This document shows positions 24,503-32,000 of a DNA stretch of 32,000 nt, piece after piece. The stretch comes from Deinococcus radiodurans R1 = ATCC 13939 = DSM 20539. Lineage in GTDB: Bacteria; Deinococcota; Deinococci; Deinococcales; Deinococcaceae. Made by a program: the position numbers and the translations under genes. The notes beneath the pieces were generated by a model, which worked only from the letters and a program-made list of their open reading frames with translations, ran no database searches and was not told the origin of the DNA. The first letter of the stretch is position 1; every line of letters starts with the position of its first letter. The stretch lies in NCBI RefSeq assembly GCF_000008565.1, contig NC_001263.1:1559110-1591109 (forward strand), given 5' to 3'.

Positions 24503-25531
24503 TCAGGACGCGGCCTTCTCCAGCGCCTTATGCAGGGCGTTCACCACGCGGGGGTCGAGGCCCTTGCCCGCCTGCGCCTGCACCCGCTCGAGGTCGCCGG
24601 TGCGGACGTAAGCGTTGGCGACCGCCAGAATGCGCGCGTAGAGCGGAATGTCCTCGCCCGCGAGCTTGTCGGGCTCGCCCTGGCCGTCCCAGCGCTCGTG
24701 GTGGTGACGAATGGCCTTTTGCGCCTCGGCGAGATGCGGCACGTTTTGCAGGAAATTGGCCCCGACGAGGGCGTGCCCCTGCTCGCCGTGAATTTTGCCG
24801 AGGTCGTGCAGGGTGGCGGCGAACCACAATTCTTCGAGTTCACGGGAGGAAAGCCCCAACGACCGGCCAATCTTCATGCTGGCGTCGGCCACCGCTGCCG
24901 AGTGCCCCAAGCCGTCGAAATCCTGGCTCTCGATGGCCTCGACCACCGCACTCGACACCTGCCGGGCAGCCTGCTGCCAGTCGTCGCGGGCGTCGAGCAT
25001 CCCCAGGATGGGCGCCACCGCCGTGGCCCAGCGCGCCACCGCTTCCTGCTGGGTGGGCGAAATGGGGTCGGCGTTCGTGCGGTCGAGCACCAGCGCCCCG
25101 AGCGTCCGCCCCCGGTCGCTCACCGGCACCACCAGCGAGAGCGGCACGTCGCGCATCCCCGCCGCGTCGAGCACCTTGTGCAGCTCGGGCGCGTTGGCCT
25201 CGTACAGTTCGCTGCTGCCATCCGACAGCACGCGGGGCCGCATCGCCGCCCAGGGGCCGCTGAGCGCGGTGCCGATCAGGCTGCGCGGGTAGCCGAACAC
25301 TGCCGCCACCTTGTCCTGGCCCCGGCGCACCACCGCGTAGCCGTTGACGTTGCCGCCGAGCAGCGTGGCGGCGTAGGCCAGGGCGTTTTCCAGCACGCCC
25401 TCGGCGCTGGGGCGCGACAGCAACTCCGCGAGCACCCGCGTCGGGTCGAGCGGCTCATGGGCGGACACTCCCGTCACGCTGGTGCGGCGGGCGTCGGGCG
25501 TGGTGTTGGAGGTGGCTTTGCGTCGGAACAC
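24503..25531 (-). CDS. GAF domain - HD-GYP-type phosphohydrolase (GYP degenerate: GEP)
   Basis: N-terminal GAF-like region. C-terminal [14 protein letters not shown]...ATLHDLGKI...[36 protein letters not shown] matches the HD-GYP consensus, except that GYP is replaced by GEP. Confidence 0.85.
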   Translation of the reverse strand: MFRRKATSNTTPDARRTSVTGVSAHEPLDPTRVLAELLSRPSAEGVLENALAYAATLLGGNVNGYAVVRRGQDKVAAVFGYPRSLIGTALSGPWAAMRPRVLSDGSSELYEANAPELHKVLDAAGMRDVPLSLVVPVSDRGRTLGALVLDRTNADPISPTQQEAVARWATAVAPILGMLDARDDWQQAARQVSSAVVEAIESQDFDGLGHSAAVADASMKIGRSLGLSSRELEELWFAATLHDLGKIHGEQGHALVGANFLQNVPHLAEAQKAIRHHHERWDGQGEPDKLAGEDIPLYARILAVANAYVRTGDLERVQAQAGKGLDPRVVNALHKALEKAAS

Positions 25532-25540
25532 GGTAGACGC

Positions 25541-25546
25541 AGTATA
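25541..25546 (-). promoter_or_regulatory. candidate -10 box (TATACT) for the GAF-HD-GYP operon
   Basis: TAnnnT hexamer on the minus strand, 9 nt upstream of GTG 25531. Confidence 0.4.
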
Positions 25547-25553
25547 GCCGCGT

Positions 25554-25559
25554 TACCCT
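25554..25559 (+). promoter_or_regulatory. candidate -10 box (TACCCT) for the ykgJ-like gene
   Basis: TAnnnT hexamer 9 nt upstream of ATG 25569. Confidence 0.35.
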
Positions 25560-25568
25560 GAATGCCAC

Positions 25569-26324
25569 ATGGCTCCTCTGACCCGCCGCGCTTCCCCCCC
25601 ACCGAGTTCCCCCACCGCCGTCACCGCGCCGGTGCAGCAGGCCTACGCCCGTTATGGCCGCCAAGCCGGGCAATGGACCGCGCAGTACCTCGCCAAAGGC
25701 GGTGAGGTCTTTTGCGGCGCCGGCTGTTATTTCTGCTGCGACATGCCGATTCGTGTCTCGCTGGCCGAGGCGCTGATTACCGCGCAGGCCCTGACGCCCG
25801 AACAGGCCCGCGCCTTCGAAAAACATGCCCGCGCCGTGGGGCAAAATGCCCGCACCGCCCGCGACGAGGACGAGTTCGTGCAGCGCCACCGCATTGAAAT
25901 CAGCTTTTGCCCGCTGCTCGACCGCGAAACCGGCGCCTGCTCGCAGTACGACGCCCGCCCCACCCGCTGCCGCGACACTTTCAGCGCCTTTCCCGCACAC
26001 TTTTGCGCCTGCGGCACCTGGGAGAACATGACCCGCCGCGAGCAGGCCGAGTACCGCCGCGAGGTCGCCCGCACCCCCGGCACCGACGGCGAGGTGCATT
26101 TCATCGCCCCGCTTGAGCATCTCAGCGAGCCGGTATGGGCCGCCGCGAGCAAGGCGATGCGGAAGGCGTGGGGGCTGGAAGTCTGGGGCGATTTCTGGAC
26201 GCTGACCACCCTGGCCCGCGACCCGCAGTTCATGGCGAAGGTGCAGGCCGGAGACGGGCGCGGCGCCTGGAGCCAGGCTAAGAGCCGGGGGCTGGCGCAC
26301 GCCGTAACGTTGGAAATCGGCTGA
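25569..26324 (+). CDS. YkgJ-family (CxxxCxxCC) cysteine-cluster protein, putative Zn/Fe-binding
   Basis: [13 protein letters not shown], followed by [23 protein letters not shown], the pattern of the UPF0153/YkgJ zinc- or iron-chelating domain. Confidence 0.8.
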   Translation: MAPLTRRASPPPSSPTAVTAPVQQAYARYGRQAGQWTAQYLAKGGEVFCGAGCYFCCDMPIRVSLAEALITAQALTPEQARAFEKHARAVGQNARTARDEDEFVQRHRIEISFCPLLDRETGACSQYDARPTRCRDTFSAFPAHFCACGTWENMTRREQAEYRREVARTPGTDGEVHFIAPLEHLSEPVWAAASKAMRKAWGLEVWGDFWTLTTLARDPQFMAKVQAGDGRGAWSQAKSRGLAHAVTLEIG

Positions 26325-26334
26325 ATCTCCATAC

Positions 26335-26371
26335 AAAAAAGTCCCCGGCCAACTCGCCGGGGATTTCTTTT
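26335..26371. terminator. bidirectional intrinsic terminator
   Basis: aaaaaag-TCCCCGGC-caactc-GCCGGGGA-tttctttt, between the convergent ykgJ-like gene (+) and oppF (-). Confidence 0.7.
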
Positions 26372-26394
26372 GCCGCTCTTGCCGTTCTCTTCTC

Positions 26395-27431
26395 TCAGAG
26401 AATGTCGTCGCGGATGCACGCCTTGAAGTGGTCGGGCGAGACTTCACGCAGTTCGGGCACGATGTTGGCGCAGTCGGCAATCGCGTAGCGGCAGCGGGTG
26501 CGGAACACGCAGCCCGAGGGCGGGTTGATGGGGCTGGGGATATCGCCCTCAAGGATGATGCGCTGACGCTTGATGGTGGGGTCGGGCACCGGGGAGGCCG
26601 AGAGCAGCGCCTCGGTGTAGGGGTGCTTGGGGTTGCGGTTGAGTTCGCGGCTCGGCGCGATTTCCATGATGCGGCCCAGGTACATCACGATCATGCGGTC
26701 ACAGATGTACTCGACGACGTGCAGGTCGTGGGCGATGAACAGCACCGTCAGGCCGAGTTCTTCCTGAAGGTCCTGAATCAGGTTGACGACCTGCGCCTGG
26801 ATGGACACGTCGAGCGCCGACACCGGCTCGTCGGCCACGATGAAGCTGGGGTCCACCGCTAGAGCGCGGGCAATCCCGATGCGCTGGCGCTGACCGCCCG
26901 AGAACTCGTGGGGGTAACGGCCCATGTGCTCGGGGCGCAGACCCACGCGCTGCAACAGCTCGGCGATGCGGTCCACGCGCGCCTTGCCGGGGTGCAGGTT
27001 ATGAATCTGCATCGCTTCGCCGAGGATGTCGCTCACCGTCATACGCGGGTTGAGCGAGGCGAAGGGGTCCTGGAAGATGATCTGCATCTCGCGGCGGTAA
27101 TCGCGCATCTGGGACTTGCCCAGCTTGGTGATGTCGGTGCCGTTGAAGATGACCTGCCCGCCCGTCGGTTCGATCAGGCGCAGCAGGGCGCGTCCGGCGG
27201 TGGTCTTGCCGGAGCCGGATTCACCGATGAGGCCCACCACTTCGCCCTTGCCGACACGGAAAGTAATGTCGTTAACGGCCTTGACGTTGGCGACCACACG
27301 CGACATCAGGCCGCCGCGAATGGGGAAGTACTTCTGAAGGTTGTTGACTTCGAGCAGGTCAGCGCGCGGCGCTGCGGCGGCTCCCAGCGGAGCGCCGGTG
27401 GTCACGGGGGCCGTCGGAATGGGACCAGTGG

Positions 27432-27435
<4 letters not shown>
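26395..27435 (-). CDS. oppF: Opp/Dpp-type peptide ABC transporter ATP-binding protein (second ATPase)
   Basis: Walker [10 protein letters not shown], signature FSGGQRQR, Walker [12 protein letters not shown], and a C-terminal oligopeptide-transporter extension with four Cys. The ATG overlaps the upstream ATPase stop (ATGA). Confidence 0.93.
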
Positions 27436-28523
<1,088 letters not shown>

Positions 28524-28560
28524 TGCTCTCCCCTGTTGTGCATAAAAAGCATCATAACGG

Positions 28561-29691
28561 CTAGCGGCGGCGGCGAGGGTCGAACGCGTCACGCAGGCCG
28601 TCGCCCACGAACTGCCAGCCCAGAACGGCCAGCATGATGAACACACCCGGCAGCAGCACCCAGGGACGGGTGTCGAGCGACTCGAAACCGCCGTCCTGCG
28701 CTAGCTTGAGCAGGCTGCCCCACGAGGCGTAAGGCTCCACGATGCCGATGCCGATAAAGCTCAGGCCCGATTCGGTGAGGATGTAACCGGGAATCGCCAG
28801 CGACATCGCCACGATGATGAAGGTGGCCGAGTTGGGCAGCAGGTGCTGACCGATGATGCGGGCGTCCGACGCGCCGAGGGCGTTGGCGGCCTGCACATAG
28901 TCCATTTCGCGGCCCGACAGGATCTGGCCGCGCACCACGCGGGCAATCCCGCCCCAGCCGATGAACGCCAGCAGACCGCCCACGATGTAGAACACCAGAA
29001 TCGGGTTGGCTTCGAGCGGGAACATGGCGCGGAGCAGAATCAGCAGAAAGAGGTCGGGAATGGCCGAAAGCACCTCGACCAGACGCATGATGAGCGTGTC
29101 GGCCAAGCCCCGGAAGTACCCGGCGATACCGCCCAGCACCAGCCCCAGCACCAGCGACAGCAGCGAGGCGATGATGCCGATGGTCAGGCTGATCTGCGAG
29201 CCGTACATGATGCGCGAGAACTGGTCACGCCCGAAGTTGTCGCTGCCGAGCAGATAGAGCTTGCAGGGTTCGTCCACGCCCATCAGCTTGAGGCTGCTGG
29301 GGATAAAGCCCAGGAACTTGTAGGTGCGGTCCTCAATGTCGGGGTTGCGGACAAAGAACTTGACCGGGCACTTGACCGAAGGGTCCTCGGTGTACTTGTC
29401 ACGGAAGGTTTCCATGTCGATGTCGCGCTTGAGGCCGTAGACATGCGGCGCGAACTTGCCGTCATCCTGCCAGTGAATCTTGGTGGGGGGTGCCCAGGAA
29501 ATACGGTCGGAGGTGCTGTACTCGGTCAGGCCGTAGGGGGCCAGAAAGCCCGCGAACAGCGCGATGAGATAAAGAAAGCCCAGGATAAACAGGCCCAGGC
29601 GGGCCAGGGGGTTACGGAAAAACTGGGTCCGAATGACCTGCCACTGGCTCTTGGATTTCTGGATTTTCTGGGGTGCGGTTGCAGTCGTCAT
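28561..29691 (-). CDS. oppC: Opp/Dpp-type peptide ABC transporter permease (OppC-like)
   Basis: Polytopic membrane protein with an extended periplasmic loop after TM1 and an EAA-type loop region ([16 protein letters not shown]). AAGGAG lies 7 nt upstream of ATG 29691. Confidence 0.92.
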   Translation of the reverse strand: MTTATAPQKIQKSKSQWQVIRTQFFRNPLARLGLFILGFLYLIALFAGFLAPYGLTEYSTSDRISWAPPTKIHWQDDGKFAPHVYGLKRDIDMETFRDKYTEDPSVKCPVKFFVRNPDIEDRTYKFLGFIPSSLKLMGVDEPCKLYLLGSDNFGRDQFSRIMYGSQISLTIGIIASLLSLVLGLVLGGIAGYFRGLADTLIMRLVEVLSAIPDLFLLILLRAMFPLEANPILVFYIVGGLLAFIGWGGIARVVRGQILSGREMDYVQAANALGASDARIIGQHLLPNSATFIIVAMSLAIPGYILTESGLSFIGIGIVEPYASWGSLLKLAQDGGFESLDTRPWVLLPGVFIMLAVLGWQFVGDGLRDAFDPRRRR

Positions 29692-29702
29692 CTCCAGGCT
29701 CC

Positions 29703-30686
29703 TTAGCTGTACCGGATGCGGGGGTCAACGGCAGCCAGCAGCAGGTCGGACAGCAGGTTGCCAATCATGTAGAGGAGGGTGCCGAGCGCCGTCACCGCCA
29801 TCAGGATGTAGATGTCCTGGTTGCCGAGCGCCGTGAGTTGCAGCGGCGTCAGACCGGGCCAGTTGAACACGATTTCCAGAAAGCCCGCGCCGCCGATCAA
29901 TGCAGGCAGCAGGCCGCCCAGACCCGCGATGGTCGGAATCATGGCGAGCTTGAAGGCGTGCTTGTAGGTCACGGCGCGGTCGTTCAGGCCCTTGGCGCGG
30001 GCGGTGCGGATATAGTCCTGACCCAGCACTTCGAGCATCTGGCCGCGAATAAAGCGGCTTTCACCGGAAATTCCGCGCAGCACCAGAATGATGGACGGAA
30101 TCAGCGCGTGCAGGAACACGTCCCAGACGTGGCGCAGCGGCGAAATGTCGGTCGGCAGCGCACTGCTCGACTTACCGCCCAGGGGGAGGTCCCAGCCGAA
30201 CTGCTGCTTGAGTTGCAGCATGGCGTAAATCGCCAGCAGACCGAAGAAAAATGAAGGTATCCCCAGGCCGATGTAGGAAAAGAAGGTAAACACGCGGTCC
30301 CAGAAGCTGTAGGGCTTGAGGGCGCTGTACACACCCACAGGAATCGACACGGCGAAGTGCAGCACTGTGCTGATGACCACCAGAATCAGGCTGTTGAGAA
30401 ACGGTCCCTGAATGACCTCGGCCACCGGGCGCTTGTACTGGAAAGAGTCGCCCAGGTCGCCCATCAGCAGGTTCTTGAACCAGTAGAGGTACTGGACAAA
30501 CACCGGCTGGTCCAGGCCAAATTCACGGCGCAGACGCTCGATGGTCTCGGGCTTGACCGACGGATTTTCCTTCAACTGAGACAGAAAGTCGCCTGGCGCG
30601 GCCTGGGTGATGAAAAACGCCAGCATGGTCGCCAGGACGAAAGTAGGAATAAATTGCAGCACTCGCCGCAAGATGTAAGGAAGCAA
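29703..30686 (-). CDS. oppB: Opp/Dpp-type peptide ABC transporter permease (OppB-like)
   Basis: Start placed at TTG 30686 (MLPYILRRVLQFIPT..., the usual OppB/DppB N-terminus) with GGAGG 9 nt upstream. The track start GTG 30704 is the alternative. EAA loop YIRTARAKGL. Confidence 0.9.
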   Translation of the reverse strand: MLPYILRRVLQFIPTFVLATMLAFFITQAAPGDFLSQLKENPSVKPETIERLRREFGLDQPVFVQYLYWFKNLLMGDLGDSFQYKRPVAEVIQGPFLNSLILVVISTVLHFAVSIPVGVYSALKPYSFWDRVFTFFSYIGLGIPSFFFGLLAIYAMLQLKQQFGWDLPLGGKSSSALPTDISPLRHVWDVFLHALIPSIILVLRGISGESRFIRGQMLEVLGQDYIRTARAKGLNDRAVTYKHAFKLAMIPTIAGLGGLLPALIGGAGFLEIVFNWPGLTPLQLTALGNQDIYILMAVTALGTLLYMIGNLLSDLLLAAVDPRIRYS

Positions 30687-30768
30687 GGTGGTGGACCTCC
30701 ACACGCATCAGGCAATCACCTGAAAAGAACAAAAGGTAGTTCGGGCTTCAATTGGCGAAACTCACGGA

Positions 30769-30803
30769 TTGGGCGCGGGGCCATGTGACGGCCCCGCGCC
30801 CAA
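30769..30803 (-). terminator. strong intercistronic stem-loop between the binding-protein gene and the first permease gene
   Basis: TTGGGCGCGGGGCC - 7 nt - GGCCCCGCGCCCAA: a 14-bp perfect stem, 12 bp of it G:C, about 40 nt after the binding-protein stop. No clean U-tract. Confidence 0.5.
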
Positions 30804-30841
30804 CCGGAACTCAGGATTGAATTCTAGGCGTCCTCAGGACC

Positions 30842-32000
30842 TCAGCGCTTGATCCAGGTCAGCGCGATGTCGCGGGGCCCGAAGAGGGTGCTGGCGTTCA
30901 AGCTGTTGATCTGGGGGCGGTTGTACTCGCCCTGCACGCGGTCGGTCCAGGCGAAGTGGACGGTCTGGGCGGCCAGCTGGATGTAGGGCTGGTTTTCCAT
31001 TTCGTTCCTCTGGATCTGCGCGGCGATGGCCTTGCGCTTGGCGAGGTCGAACTCGGCGCGGCCCTTCCAGAACAGGTTCACGGCCTGGGTTTCGAAGGGG
31101 AAGCGGCACTTGTTGCTCTGGTTGAACATGTGCAGGTTGCCGCCGTCACCGAGGCCCTTGCACTCGACGACGCTGGGGCCGGACACGGGGTAGACCTGAC
31201 CGCCACCGGTCAGACCGATGATGATGGCGTCGAAGTTACGGCGACCGAAGTTGTCCTTGGCGTCGAGCAGCGTGGTCATCTGGTTGAAGGCGATGGCGCT
31301 GACGTTGATCTTGACGCCGACCTTCTTGGCCTCGTCCTGAATCACCTTGGCGTAGCTCTGACGACGGTTGTTCTCGGCGTTGGTAATCAGGGTGAATTCG
31401 AGCTTGTTGCCCGCCTTATCCACCAGGATGCCGTCGCTGCCCTTCTTGGTAAAGCCCAGTTCAGCCAGCAGCTTGGCAGCGGCGGTGGGGTTGAACTTGT
31501 ACTTGTCCATGCCGCTGGGGATCCAGTCCTTGTACACGGGGTAGACCGAGGTGTAGGTGGGCTCGCCGAGACCGCCGAGAGCAAGGTCGACCATCGCGTC
31601 GCGGTTCATCAGCATGCTCATGGCCTGACGGAACTTGACGTTGGAAAACAGCTTGGTCTTGAAGGTGGCGCTGTCGTCCATGTTGAAGACCATGAAGTCG
31701 CTGCTGGCGCGGGCGCTGGCGTTGGGAATCAGCGTGCCCTTGACCTTGCCGCCGTCCATGGCCGACTTGACCTGGGCCAGCTTGTCGCGGTTGTCGGGGC
31801 TGTAGGTGTCGAGGTTGCCCGCCAGGAACTGAGCGAGCTGAGCGTTGGCATCGGCCACGATGTTGATCTGGATGCCGTCCAGGTAGGGCAGCGACTTGCC
31901 CGCGCTGTCCTTGTTCCACTCGCCGAAGTAGGGGTTTTTCTTCAGGATGGCACGCTCACCACGCACATAACGGTCCAGCATGAAGGGGCCGCTGGTCACG
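30842..32000 (-). CDS. oppA: family-5 peptide/nickel ABC substrate-binding protein (OppA/DppA-like), 5' end outside the window
   Basis: The ORF is open to the window edge. The sequence has the general SBP family-5 pattern (NPYFGEW..., LDGIQINIV..., FNMDDS...) and sits at the head of the permease/ATPase genes. Confidence 0.9.
   Translation of the reverse strand, partial: VTSGPFMLDRYVRGERAILKKNPYFGEWNKDSAGKSLPYLDGIQINIVADANAQLAQFLAGNLDTYSPDNRDKLAQVKSAMDGGKVKGTLIPNASARASSDFMVFNMDDSATFKTKLFSNVKFRQAMSMLMNRDAMVDLALGGLGEPTYTSVYPVYKDWIPSGMDKYKFNPTAAAKLLAELGFTKKGSDGILVDKAGNKLEFTLITNAENNRRQSYAKVIQDEAKKVGVKINVSAIAFNQMTTLLDAKDNFGRRNFDAIIIGLTGGGQVYPVSGPSVVECKGLGDGGNLHMFNQSNKCRFPFETQAVNLFWKGRAEFDLAKRKAIAAQIQRNEMENQPYIQLAAQTVHFAWTDRVQGEYNRPQINSLNASTLFGPRDIALTWIKR

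Noticed and set aside
20555-24611. Long ORFs opposite or out of frame with the epimerase, wecA, upp and the APH-like kinase (20555..21355 +, 21760..22899 +, 22932..24611 +, 22412..22969 -)
   Set aside because: All overlap genes with strong family motifs. Their translations are H/R/G/Q/P-rich with no domains.

Overview
This is a high-GC bacterial chromosomal segment, roughly two-thirds G+C by eye. Its gene content, codon bias and promoter architecture look like Deinococcus. I believe it is the sodC/bshA neighbourhood of a D. radiodurans-like chromosome, but I cannot verify that here.

The content is mostly core genes, in this order:
- an acyl-CoA carboxyltransferase and an acyl-CoA dehydrogenase;
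- a Cu/Zn-SOD lipoprotein;
- a cell-envelope block: CAP-domain lipoprotein, EnvC-like degenerate M23 protein, FtsE/FtsX, and a divergent S41 C-terminal protease;
- RF3, a frame-disrupted DegV, and BshA;
- a histidine kinase / LiaF-DUF4097-like / NarL-type regulator / membrane protein operon;
- a DAG-kinase-like lipid kinase;
- tagO/wecA plus UDP-GlcNAc 2-epimerase, then upp;
- an APH-like kinase plus a GAF-HD-GYP protein, and a YkgJ-type Cys-cluster protein;
- a five-gene Opp/Dpp peptide ABC operon that runs off the right edge.

I saw no rRNA, tRNA, CRISPR array, transposase or integrase. I did not find a clear-cut novel multi-gene system; nothing resembles a defence island.

The items most worth a second look are:
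1. ftsE and ftsX read as one continuous frame, with a relic GTGA junction. They are coupled to an EnvC-like protein carrying a ~180-codon ER/K- and A/Q-rich helical insert.
2. A sharp ~0.65 kb low-GC islet (10476-11163) holds one orphan secreted protein and a run of four stem-loops.
3. The kinase / LiaF-like / regulator / membrane four-gene module is tightly coupled.
4. A GAF-HD-G(E)P protein is tightly linked to an APH-like kinase.
5. TAnnnT hexamers sit 6-11 nt upstream of SD-less start codons at ten genes, the leaderless-mRNA signature. This also helps fix start codons.
6. Three reading-frame anomalies (ftsE/X, degV, membrane gene) all lie in G/C-rich runs. They may be sequencing errors rather than biology.

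Many long ORFs in the six-frame track are antisense or out-of-frame artefacts of stop-codon depletion in GC-rich DNA.
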